Origin: an uncultured Bacteroidota bacterium
Lineage (GTDB): Bacteria > Bacteroidota > Ignavibacteria > UBA10030 > UBA6906
Assembly (NCBI GenBank): GCA_963700635.1
Contig: CAVOYH010000004.1
Span: 704,001 to 768,000, forward strand
Direction of reading: 5' to 3'
Length of the DNA: 64,000 nucleotides
In this document: piece after piece, positions 49,117-58,556 of the stretch
How positions within the stretch are numbered: the stretch's first letter is position 1
Layout: the number at the start of each line of letters is the position of its first letter
Notes under the pieces: model-generated
Databases searched by the model: none
What the model was told of the DNA's origin: nothing
Seen by the model: only the letters and a program-made list of their open reading frames with translations
Made by a program: the position numbers and the translations under genes

Positions 49117-50639
49117 AGCTCATGTCCACAAAAAAAGAGAACGTGCGAACACTGACGTCAATCGCCCTGGGATTGTGCCTGGTCGTGTGCAGCGCGCGCG
49201 TGATGGCGCAGGATGCTCCGTCCTGGGCGTCGGAACTCCCCAACCTTCCCCAGCGCCCCGGCTGGTATCAGGGGCTTGGCGTCACAAAAGTGACCGGCGA
49301 CGAGTCGGCTGACTGGAACGATGCTTCCGGAAAGGCGCGGGCCCAGATCGCAGCGCAGATCCGGGTGCGCATTTCCAGCTCCGTGATGCATGCAATCCAG
49401 GAAACATCGTCAGGCACCGGGAGCACGGTTGCTGACGCGTATGCCTCCACGACCGAACAGTTGACATCGGCGACATTGGAAGGGATCGTGCTGGAACGGT
49501 GGTTTGATGAAGACACCGGCACCCTGTACGCCTACGGGGCTATATCCCAGGCCGAGGTGGAACGCAGATTCAAGGAGCGTATGGAAGACGCACTCGCCTC
49601 GGCGCGCGTGTACCATGCGGGCGCGCGCAAAGCTCTCGAACGGAGTGATCCGTTTTCCGCTCTCGGTCAGCTGCTCGAAGCAATGAAGGTGGTCTCGCTC
49701 GCCGAAGCGACACTCGACCGCACCATCTCGGCGTCACTCGAGGGTTCGGAAGATCCGGTGCCGGTGCTGCCCGTGCTGCAGACACAGGTGTGCGGCGTGT
49801 TCAGCAGATTACAATTTGAGATTCTGGGCGGCGACAATCAGGATGCCGAACGGTCAAAAGCTCTACCGCTTCCGCTTCAGGGGCGCCTGATGTTCCGGTC
49901 GGACCGCGGTGTGTATCCGGTGCGTGACGCGGTTCTCACCGCTGCATTTGTGCCCCCCGCAGCCGGCAGATCGGCGCAGGATGTGCGGACCTCCGCAACC
50001 GGAGACTTCACGCTTCCGGTTATGGAAATTCTCAGCGGCGAAGCGGTAAACCGGATCCGGCTTACACTCGGCCTTCAGGGCGTTGCCGTGCTTGCGGCGC
50101 AATCTCCCGAACTCACACGCTGCTGGTCAACCGCCTACGTGGACTATACCTTCCGCATGCGGAGCCGCACGAATATTTCCGTCGCCATCCGGATTCTGGA
50201 AACCAACATGGGAGTCCCCCGCGCAAAATCCACAGTGCAAGAGGGGATTCAAAAACAGTTGCTCGGAAACCGGTACAGCATCGTGGATGACTCCAGAGCC
50301 CTTGCCGGGATGAGCACGTCCGAAATCCAGGGGATTCTGGAAAGCGGAAGTTACAACGATATTGTCGCTGCAGTCGGGAAACATGCGGACATCGCCATTC
50401 TGGGCGAAGTCAGCACTGCGGAGCGGAGTAATCCGTATCCTCAGATGTATTTTGGATCCGGGCGGGTGGTGATCCGGATTATCGACTGCAAGACCGGAAA
50501 GCTGCTGGGAAGCGTTAATCTTGAGAATGAAAAAGAGGGCGGCGCGACGTACGACCATGCCGGACGGAAACTTCTTGAAAAAATGGGCAAGAGTGTCGGA
50601 GAAACCGTCCGCCTGGAATTGAAGAACGCGCTGGAATAG
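49113..50639 (+). CDS. Exported multidomain protein: LPP20-like N-terminus, Ig-like middle, CsgG/FlgT-like C-terminus
   Basis: Signal VMA-QD; PSW...YQGLG...A...ARAQIAAQIRVRISS; GGDNQ; ADIAILGEV...RIIDCKTGKLL. Confidence 0.7.
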   Translation: MKLMSTKKENVRTLTSIALGLCLVVCSARVMAQDAPSWASELPNLPQRPGWYQGLGVTKVTGDESADWNDASGKARAQIAAQIRVRISSSVMHAIQETSSGTGSTVADAYASTTEQLTSATLEGIVLERWFDEDTGTLYAYGAISQAEVERRFKERMEDALASARVYHAGARKALERSDPFSALGQLLEAMKVVSLAEATLDRTISASLEGSEDPVPVLPVLQTQVCGVFSRLQFEILGGDNQDAERSKALPLPLQGRLMFRSDRGVYPVRDAVLTAAFVPPAAGRSAQDVRTSATGDFTLPVMEILSGEAVNRIRLTLGLQGVAVLAAQSPELTRCWSTAYVDYTFRMRSRTNISVAIRILETNMGVPRAKSTVQEGIQKQLLGNRYSIVDDSRALAGMSTSEIQGILESGSYNDIVAAVGKHADIAILGEVSTAERSNPYPQMYFGSGRVVIRIIDCKTGKLLGSVNLENEKEGGATYDHAGRKLLEKMGKSVGETVRLELKNALE

Positions 50640-50695
50640 AAGTCCATGGGTCGAATACAGTCAAACGCCACGATCACACTCAGAAGGAGGTTCGT

Positions 50696-51271
50696 ATGCG
50701 TCTTCTACTAGCCACAGGGGTCATGTTCGTTACACTACTGCTGCTCGCCGGATGCGGCGGCGGGCCGCAGACTATGCAGGCAACATCAACCGGCGACATC
50801 CCCGATTGGTATCCCAACGCTCCGCAGGAAGCACTCTATGCCCGCTCGGCAAACACCGCCGTGTCGCAGGATCTCCAGGTCGCCGTTGACAAAGCGACCA
50901 CCGGAGCCCGCGCGGAACTTGGCCGTGTCCTCGAAACCAAGGTCAATTCTCTGCAAAAACGGTTTGAAGAAGAAACCGGCACGGGCGAGGATGCGCAACT
51001 CCTGCAACAGTTTACGCAGGCTTCAAAACTCGTCGTCTCTACAACGATGAACGGAAGCCGCATGAAAGATCAGCGTACGGTGCGCGACGGCCAGATGTGG
51101 CGTGCCTACGTTCTGATGGAATTGCCCCTCGGAGCGGCAAACGCATCACTGCTCGAAGAGATCAAGAAAAACAAGGATCTTTATACCAGGTTCCGCGCCT
51201 CTGAAGCGTACAAGGATCTGGACAGCGAGGTGCAGAAGTACGAGGAGTGGAAGAAGCAGCAGAAAGAGTAA
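50696..51271 (+). CDS. LPP20-like lipoprotein
   Basis: RBS AAGGAGG, lipobox LLAG-C, IPDWY, S.DLQ.A.DKA...ARAEL, WRAYVLM. Confidence 0.8.
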   Translation: MRLLLATGVMFVTLLLLAGCGGGPQTMQATSTGDIPDWYPNAPQEALYARSANTAVSQDLQVAVDKATTGARAELGRVLETKVNSLQKRFEEETGTGEDAQLLQQFTQASKLVVSTTMNGSRMKDQRTVRDGQMWRAYVLMELPLGAANASLLEEIKKNKDLYTRFRASEAYKDLDSEVQKYEEWKKQQKE

Positions 51272-51282
51272 GGAAACCCGCA

Positions 51283-52353
51283 GTGCTTCATGAGTCGGCT
51301 ATTCCGACGACGGACCCCGTCGCCGCACTGGAGTTCTGCCGGAGGCTTGCCACCGCAGTGTCGCATGAACAGGTACTGCGGTGGCCGTCCGGCCTCCCGG
51401 CCCAGACGGAACAGCCGGAACTCAGCATCGTTATCCCCGTCTTTAATGAAGAAGAAGTTCTGCCCGAGCTGCATCGCAGGCTTACCGCAGTGCTTTCCGG
51501 GCTGGTGCCGTCGTATGAGATACTTCTCGTGAATGACGGGAGTACGGACGGCACGCCGGAAATCCTCCGCGAACTGATCCGCCAGGATCAGCACCTGGTG
51601 ACCATTGATCTCTCACGCAATTTCGGACATCAGGTGGCGATCAGTGCCGGTCTGGAGTACAGCCGCGGGAAGGCCGTGGTGATCATGGACGGGGACCTGC
51701 AGGACCCTCCGGAGGTCATCCCCCGGTTTGTCGCGAAGTGGCGCGAAGGATTTGCCGTCGTGTACGCAATCCGACAGAAGCGGAAAGAGGCATTCTTCAA
51801 GCGCCTTGCCTACGCCATGTTCTATCGTCTGCTCCAGGTGATATCACACACCGACATCCCGCTCGACGCAGGGGATTTTTGCATCATGGATCGCCGGGTG
51901 GTGGACCTCCTGGTTCGTATGCCCGAACGGAACCGGTTTCTTCGAGGGATTCGCAGCTGGCTTGGATTCCGACAGATCGGGCTTCCCTATGAACGGTCCG
52001 CACGGCAGGGAGGGGAACCGAAGTACACGTTTCGCCGGCTGATCTTTCTCGCACTGGACGGCCTGTTGTCGTTCAGCTATAAGCCCCTGCGTCTCATTTC
52101 TGTGCTGGGCCTGGGAGTCTCGCTGGGCTCACTTCTGCTTGCGCTGTACTACGTGCTGAAGAAGGTGCTCTACGCATTGGATCCGCCGGGGTTCACGACG
52201 CTCGTCGTGGCGATTTTGTTCCTTGCGGGCATTCAACTCGTCACCATCGGCGTCATGGCGGAATACGTCGCACGTATCTCCGACGAAGTAAAAAGGCGTC
52301 CGCTGTTTATTGTCAGTCAGGTGAGCAGAGGGCAGGACGCATTACCATCCTGA
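51283..52353 (+). CDS. GT2 polyprenol-phosphate glycosyltransferase (GtrB/ArnC-like; start approximate)
   Basis: SIVIPVFNEE, VNDGSTD, LSRNFGHQ.A, MDGDLQDPPE, GDFCIMDRRV, RFLRG, two C-terminal TM helices, EVKRRP. Confidence 0.92.
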   Translation: MLHESAIPTTDPVAALEFCRRLATAVSHEQVLRWPSGLPAQTEQPELSIVIPVFNEEEVLPELHRRLTAVLSGLVPSYEILLVNDGSTDGTPEILRELIRQDQHLVTIDLSRNFGHQVAISAGLEYSRGKAVVIMDGDLQDPPEVIPRFVAKWREGFAVVYAIRQKRKEAFFKRLAYAMFYRLLQVISHTDIPLDAGDFCIMDRRVVDLLVRMPERNRFLRGIRSWLGFRQIGLPYERSARQGGEPKYTFRRLIFLALDGLLSFSYKPLRLISVLGLGVSLGSLLLALYYVLKKVLYALDPPGFTTLVVAILFLAGIQLVTIGVMAEYVARISDEVKRRPLFIVSQVSRGQDALPS

Positions 52354-53516
52354 TGTTTGACAACGAGTTCCCCCCTCTCGGTGGCGGAACAGGGGTCGTC
52401 AACCTCCACCTCTTCGAGGAGCTCTCCCGCTATCCCGACGTGCACATCGACCTCGTCACCTCCTCCCGCACGCCGTCTACGTACGAGTATGAACAGTTCT
52501 CCGCGCGGATCGGCCTGCACAAAGTGCCCGTGGACAACCGGAACATTCATCACGCAACGTTTCGCGAGCTGCTGCGATTCAGCGCACGCGGAATTTGGAA
52601 GGGCCGGCAACTGGCCCGGCGGCGTGTGTACGACCTTACCTTCGCCTTCTCCGGAGTTCCCGCCGGCGCGATGAGCAACGCGATGCGAAGTCTCGCCGGG
52701 CTGCCGTATGTTGTTTCGCTCCAGGGACCCGACGTGCCCGGATTTGAGGAGCGGTACCGGCGCCTCTACCCGTTTCTTTCCCCGTTGCTGAAGCGTGTCT
52801 GGAAGGATGCCGGCGCCGTTCTCGCTATCAGCGAGACGCACCGGATGCTGGCTCATCGTTTCCTCCCCGATCAGAAGATCCGGATTATCCATAACGGGGT
52901 CGATACCGGACTGTTCTCCCCCCGTGCAGAACGGGAGACACACGCGCCCGTCCGCCTGGTCTGTGTGGGGCGCCTGATTGAACGGAAAGGGCAACACCAT
53001 CTGCTTCACGCATTTGCCCGGCTTCCGGCGGAAACCCGGAACCGGTGCAGGCTGGTTCTTGCCGGGACAGGTGATGCGGAGGCGGGGTTGCGTGTGTGCG
53101 CCGACCAGCTCGACCTCGCCAACCACGTGACCTTCCTCGGGTATGTTCCCCGTGAAGCAATGCCCGAAGTGTACACGCAGGCCGACATCTTTGTTCTCCC
53201 TTCCCAGAACGAAGGCATGTCGATGGCGCTGCTCGAGGCAATGGCATCGGGGCTCCCCGTGGTGGTGACGGATACCGGAGGTTCGTCGGAGCTTGTCCAT
53301 TCAGGCGTGAACGGATTTGTCATACCGTGGGGGGATGTTCCGATGCTCACAGAGGCCCTGGATCGACTTGTGCAGGATCAGCTTCTGCGGACCGCGATGG
53401 GCAGAGCGTCAAGGGTGACGGCCGAACGGTTCTCCTGGCCGACCATCACCAGAGAATACCTCGATGTGTGTGAGGAGGTGGTCCGTTTGAATCCCCGGAA
53501 GAAAAAAACACCGTGA
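52353..53516 (+). CDS. Glycosyltransferase family 4
   Basis: EFPPLGGG, HNGVD, VGRLIERKG, EGMSMALLEAMASGLPVV. Confidence 0.92.
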   Translation: MFDNEFPPLGGGTGVVNLHLFEELSRYPDVHIDLVTSSRTPSTYEYEQFSARIGLHKVPVDNRNIHHATFRELLRFSARGIWKGRQLARRRVYDLTFAFSGVPAGAMSNAMRSLAGLPYVVSLQGPDVPGFEERYRRLYPFLSPLLKRVWKDAGAVLAISETHRMLAHRFLPDQKIRIIHNGVDTGLFSPRAERETHAPVRLVCVGRLIERKGQHHLLHAFARLPAETRNRCRLVLAGTGDAEAGLRVCADQLDLANHVTFLGYVPREAMPEVYTQADIFVLPSQNEGMSMALLEAMASGLPVVVTDTGGSSELVHSGVNGFVIPWGDVPMLTEALDRLVQDQLLRTAMGRASRVTAERFSWPTITREYLDVCEEVVRLNPRKKKTP

Positions 53517-54640
53517 TCGCCCCTGCCCGTGTCCCTGTCTGTATCCTGGCGAGCCAGTACTTTGGCTGGGGAACCTTCGGCGGATTCGGGAGCATGTCCA
53601 GGAAGCTTGCCGAAGGGCTTGTGCGGGCGGGGTGGGAGACCGAAGTCATCGTGCCCCGGCGGCAGGACCAGAAGCCGGAAGAGTTCATCAATGGAGTGCG
53701 CGTCCGGAGTTTCCCCGTATCCAGACCGGCCGAGGCGATACGTCTCCTCCGATCTTCGCCGGCAAGGATCTTCCATTCGCAGGACCCGACCATTCTCACC
53801 ACACTCGCACAAACCGTACACCCCGGCCGTGTCCATCTTGTGACGTGCCGTGATCCAAGGGACATACACGACTGGCTGACGGAATTCCGCCATGCCACCT
53901 TGCGCCGGCGTATTCTCACGCCGTTGCATCTGCTTACGGAGTCCGGGCCGCTGGTTTCCCGCGGCGTCCGGCGTGCGGACGCGGTCTATGTCCCGGCGCA
54001 CTTTCTCCGCACAAAGGTCCAACGGATGTACGGGCTGCCTGACCCGGCCGGATTTCTTCCGAACCTGATCGATGTTCCCGCATCGGTTCCCCATAAACCT
54101 GCTGTGCCTGTGCTGACCTCCATCAGCCGCTGGGACCGGCGGAAACGGCCGGAGTTATTTCTGAAACTTGCCGCTGAATTCCCTTCGTACCGGTTTGTCG
54201 CGGTGGGCAGGGGGAGTGCGACGGCCGAAGCAGAGTACGATGAACAGCTCAGGGAGCGTTTCAGCGGGATTCCCAATCTTGAGCTTCCGGGGCTTATCAA
54301 CCGTTTCACCGAACCGGAAAAGATGAAGAAGCTTCTTGACGAAACGTGGATTTTCGTGAATACCGCAGCCCGCGAAGGGCTTCCCCTGACCTTTCTGGAA
54401 GCGGCGGCGCACGGATGTGCGATTCTGAGTGCCGTGAACCCGGACGGTTTTGCGGAGCGGTTCGGGGTGCATGTGCGGGATGATGATTTTTCCGGAGCCG
54501 TGCGCCGGCTCCTTGAATCGTCACCCTTTGATCTGGGTGTCGGCGCCCATGCGTATGTCCGCTCGACCTATGAATGTGCCGCCGCGTTGAATGTTCACAT
54601 CGAGGAGTACCAACGGCATGCTCGCCGAAAAGGTCTCTAA
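53513..54640 (+). CDS. Glycosyltransferase family 4
   Basis: FGGFG, RWDRRKRPELF, EGLPLTFLEA. Confidence 0.85.
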   Translation: MIAPARVPVCILASQYFGWGTFGGFGSMSRKLAEGLVRAGWETEVIVPRRQDQKPEEFINGVRVRSFPVSRPAEAIRLLRSSPARIFHSQDPTILTTLAQTVHPGRVHLVTCRDPRDIHDWLTEFRHATLRRRILTPLHLLTESGPLVSRGVRRADAVYVPAHFLRTKVQRMYGLPDPAGFLPNLIDVPASVPHKPAVPVLTSISRWDRRKRPELFLKLAAEFPSYRFVAVGRGSATAEAEYDEQLRERFSGIPNLELPGLINRFTEPEKMKKLLDETWIFVNTAAREGLPLTFLEAAAHGCAILSAVNPDGFAERFGVHVRDDDFSGAVRRLLESSPFDLGVGAHAYVRSTYECAAALNVHIEEYQRHARRKGL

Positions 54641-56159
54641 AGGGATTCTCTCCGTGGGTGTGTGGACGATCACGCGGGTGCTGGTCTCAGCGCTCGCCAC
54701 ACCGTTTTTTTCGCGAATCCTGGGCACCGACGGTTACGGCGACTATGCATACTACCTCGCACTCACGTTTCTGGCGGTTCCCCTTGCGAGTGCAGGGACT
54801 CTTCAGACGCTGTCCAAATACATCTCTGAATCGGCGGACCCGCTGCGCCGCGCCCGTGTCGCCCGCCTCGCCAGCGTGATCTCGCTGGCAGGATTTGTGA
54901 TTGTCGGTACCGCGGTCACCATCGTACTTCTCCGCGGCGGCACCGCAACGCCGCCGTGGGCATTGAACATCGTGCTCTTACTCTGTATCGGGTTCGATGT
55001 TCTCTGGTTTTATGCGCGTGGTATTCTCTACGGGTTGCACCGGGAAGAACGCGCAGGAATTCCCGGTGCCATCGCCTCTGTACTCGGCACGGTCGTCAGT
55101 GTTGTCATGGCCCTCCTGGGCTACGGGCTGATCGGGGTGTTTTCGGGTCTGCTGCTCGGCAATGCCTTTATGTCGCTGGTCGCGCTCCGCGCCGCCCGAC
55201 AGCTGCTCCCGGGCACACGCCTGCAGTCAGCTCTAACCTCATCCGATCCCCGGCCGCGGGAAGTGCTCTGGTTTGCGCTGTCCACCATGGTGTACACATC
55301 CCTCAGCATGGTGCTCTACAAATCGGGGATAGTCGTGGTGCATCATCTTACCGGGAACAGCACTTCAACCGGACTGTATGCGACCGGACTCCAGATGGCG
55401 GAATTTGTCTGGGTCTTTATCATTGCGGTGGAAGGTGTCATGGTGCAGGCCACGTCCCGCCTCTGGATGGAAGGACGCATGGCTGACCTCGCCATCATGG
55501 TGAGCCGCATGCTCCGGTACGTGTCAGTTGGCACGGCGTTTATCCTTCTGTATGTTCTGGTGTTTGCGGAAGATCTGATCGTCGTGTATTTCGGTCCCCG
55601 TTTTGCGGATGCGGCGCCGGTGCTGCAATTACTCGTCCCCGGGGTCTTCAGCTATTCTCTCGCACGGCTTCTTGGTCCGGTACTGCATGCCCGGGGCTCT
55701 GTGCTCACGCTGGCAGTCATCGTCGGGACCTCCGCGTGCCTGAATATCCTGTTATGTTTTCTCCTTATTCCGTGGCTCGGGATTTCCGGAGCAGGTATTT
55801 CTACATCCATCGCGTATGGTATTGTCATGCTTCCGTATGTCTTGCTTCTCCGCAGACGGGCCGTCCATGTGTTTCAGGGGTTTGCGCCGCAACGGCAATT
55901 GCTCCTCGGCATTCTCGCGGGCGCTGTGATGCTCATCGTGAGCCTGACGCCCTGGAGTCCTCCGGTCCGGCTGATTGTGGGCGGAGTGGCGGGGGGCATA
56001 AGCTTTTTTGTCCTTGCCCTGCGTATCCGTGTCCTCCGTGTGCCTGAACTTGTGGCAATCGTTGACAGTCTGCCCGGCGCAGCCCGCTCAACCGGGCGGC
56101 GCCTGATCGACCGTCTCGAACCGTTCCTCACAATTGTTGCAGGAGGAAGCAGGCCATGA
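54618..56159 (+). CDS. Wzx/MOP-family polysaccharide flippase
   Basis: PFFSRILG.DGYG, about 14 TM helices, GLYA, LIPWLGISGAGIST. Confidence 0.85.
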   Translation: MLAEKVSKGILSVGVWTITRVLVSALATPFFSRILGTDGYGDYAYYLALTFLAVPLASAGTLQTLSKYISESADPLRRARVARLASVISLAGFVIVGTAVTIVLLRGGTATPPWALNIVLLLCIGFDVLWFYARGILYGLHREERAGIPGAIASVLGTVVSVVMALLGYGLIGVFSGLLLGNAFMSLVALRAARQLLPGTRLQSALTSSDPRPREVLWFALSTMVYTSLSMVLYKSGIVVVHHLTGNSTSTGLYATGLQMAEFVWVFIIAVEGVMVQATSRLWMEGRMADLAIMVSRMLRYVSVGTAFILLYVLVFAEDLIVVYFGPRFADAAPVLQLLVPGVFSYSLARLLGPVLHARGSVLTLAVIVGTSACLNILLCFLLIPWLGISGAGISTSIAYGIVMLPYVLLLRRRAVHVFQGFAPQRQLLLGILAGAVMLIVSLTPWSPPVRLIVGGVAGGISFFVLALRIRVLRVPELVAIVDSLPGAARSTGRRLIDRLEPFLTIVAGGSRP

Positions 56160-56989
56160 ACGGAAAGATCAGCGTCATCATCCCGACGCTTGGACGTCCG
56201 ACGCTGGCGTTTACGCTTGAGGGACTCAAACACCAGACAACACAAGCCGATGAGATTCATGTTGTGCTGGACACCGCGTTGCGCGGCGTCGGGTGGGCAA
56301 GGAATGAGGGTCTTCGCCGTTCCTCCGGAGACATTATCGCGTTTCTGGATGATGACACGATTCCTCCGCCCCACTGGCTGGAATCGATGGTTGCTGCCAT
56401 GCAAAACCATGGAGCGGATGGGGCAGGGGGGTCGTTCCACGAAACCGATCCGTTTCTTCACGAGATCAGGATGCTCCATCCACCGCCTGACCATTACTCC
56501 ATGGACGGTCCCGGCCATGTCGGGAATGGCGGGAATCTTCTTCTGCGCCGGCGTGTGTTTGATGTGTGTCTGGAACGGGATGGATACTGGTTTGTCGAAT
56601 CGTGGAAGGCGTTCGGGTCTGAAGACTGGGAGCTGATCATGCGTGTACGCGCCTATGGATTTCACCTCGTCTATCTGCCCGTCCACATGCAACACCTGCG
56701 CCGTGTTACTCCGCGTACATACTGGCGTCATCAATTTAAGCGGGGTGTTGGGATCTTCAGACTCGACCGCGAGATCCGGCGGAGGGGTATGCTTCCGCCC
56801 CAGCCCAGCCTTCTCTGGGATCCACAACACAACGTCCTTCTGCGGTGGCTTCGTATCGTTGCGGCAAAAGTGGTGGGACCGTTCACGTGGAGGAAGTTTT
56901 CGCGGAAACGGTTCTTTTTCGTCCACTGGGTTGCAGAGAAAATGCAAAGTCTAGGGTATCTATGGGGGATGATACGTCATGAACAATAG
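56156..56989 (+). CDS. Glycosyltransferase family 2
   Basis: ISVIIPT.GR, ARNEG, FLDDD, GSEDWEL. Confidence 0.88.
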   Translation: MNGKISVIIPTLGRPTLAFTLEGLKHQTTQADEIHVVLDTALRGVGWARNEGLRRSSGDIIAFLDDDTIPPPHWLESMVAAMQNHGADGAGGSFHETDPFLHEIRMLHPPPDHYSMDGPGHVGNGGNLLLRRRVFDVCLERDGYWFVESWKAFGSEDWELIMRVRAYGFHLVYLPVHMQHLRRVTPRTYWRHQFKRGVGIFRLDREIRRRGMLPPQPSLLWDPQHNVLLRWLRIVAAKVVGPFTWRKFSRKRFFFVHWVAEKMQSLGYLWGMIRHEQ

Positions 56990-58521
56990 CCGCATCGGCC
57001 TGTCAGAATTCCTCCTCCTGCTCCTGGGGGGGGCTTTGTTCGTCGGTATCTCATCGTACCGCTTGACTGAACTCCCGCCGGCGTGGTGGGATGAGGGGTG
57101 GACGCTGAGTGTGGCGCGGAATTGGGTTGAGGAGGGACACTACAGCCACTATCTTCTGGGTGAACCTGTGATGCCGTCGCTGGCGGCACATTTCCCGGTG
57201 GTTGCCCTCGTGTCAGGAAGTTTTGCCATCTTTGGTGTTGGGCTCCTGCAGGCACGCGCCGTTTTTGTGGTGTGCTCGCTTCTCTCTCTTCTGCTCCTGT
57301 ATCTCCTCACGCGCCGCCTCGTCTCCCGTCGCGCGGCCGCGCTTTCGATGGTCCTGCTGTGCGTTTTTCCTGTTCAGTGGGATCTTACGCCTGCCCTGCT
57401 GGGGAGACAGGTTCTGGGAGAAATGCCGGCGCTGATTTTTCTGACGTCAGGATTTCTCCTGCTGCTGCACAGCGGGGGAATCCGCCGCCGCTATCTCGCC
57501 GCCGCCGGACTGGCATTCGGCGTCGCCATGGCAACCAAGGCCCAGGTGCCGCCATTTGTGGTTTCAGGATTTGTTCTGACGGGCGTGGTCTTTTTCTGGA
57601 GGGACCGGCGTACGACGTGGACTCTGCTGGCGGTTCTGGGCGTTGCCTATGCCACCTCTTTTGGCGTCGGGTGGCTCCGCTCTGTAGTGATCAATGTATC
57701 AGGAGTCCGGCCGGGATCACTTTCCGATTTTACCGGAGTGATAGCCCTGGTGTTCGATAGCGACATCCGTATTTTGACATTCCGGTTTGCCCTTGTGTCT
57801 GCTCTTCCCATCACACTCGGATTACTTGCGGCTTCCCTGGGGCATTATCGTCTGATACGGCAGGGCCCACCGCCGGACTGGAGGGAGCCAGTCAGTCTGA
57901 TCCTTCTGGGTGTCTCTGCAAGCTGGTTCTTCTGGTATGTTTTTCTGTCGATTGGCTGGGGCCGGCACGTGTTCCCTGCGTTTTCCTAGCCGTCCCGTTT
58001 GTCTCAGCATTTTTCCTCCGGCTGATTGACCGGGTCTTCGGAACCCGCACGGGGCCGGACATGCAGGTACCGGCATTCTCCCCGGCCGGTGGCTTACAGC
58101 GTCTCGGGGCAGCCCTGCTCCTTCTGGTTTTTGCAGCGGTTCTTGGCCGTCAAACTACGATGGGTATTCGCGAAGTCCCGCTTCTGGCAAGAGAATCGGG
58201 ACTTAACGCGGTGACCGATTATATCAATGAGCACACTCCCGGAGGGAGTACGATAGAGACCTACGAGAGCGAACTGCTTTTTCTGCTGGACCGGCCCTGC
58301 CATTTTCCCCTCCCGGATTGAATATCGATCTGATCCGGAAGAGCTGGCTGGACTCTACATGGACGATGCGGTACGATCTGCGCACAATCAAAACGGACTA
58401 TCTTGTTGTCGGGCTGTTTGGCGGTGGTCTTTATGAACCGATTATCCGGGAAGGCGCATATACGATAATCGGGAAGTTCGGCGATTACCGGCTCTATCAA
58501 CGGAAAGACCACAGCCGGTAG
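56979..58521 (+). pseudogene. ArnT/GT-C family membrane glycosyltransferase split by two frameshifts (probably assembly errors)
   Basis: WWDEG motif and many TM helices. Adding one T at 57981-57984 and one C at 58307-58310 joins ORFs 56979-57989, 58061-58321 and 58318-58521 into one frame. Confidence 0.72.
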
Positions 58522-58556
58522 CATTTTCCTGTTGAAGTTGGTATTTTTGTTCTGTC

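Noticed and set aside
58522-58556. Possible LexA box upstream of dinB
   Set aside because: No match to CTGT-N8-ACAG, GAAC-N4-GTTC, GTTC-N7-GTTC or GGA-N5-TCC.
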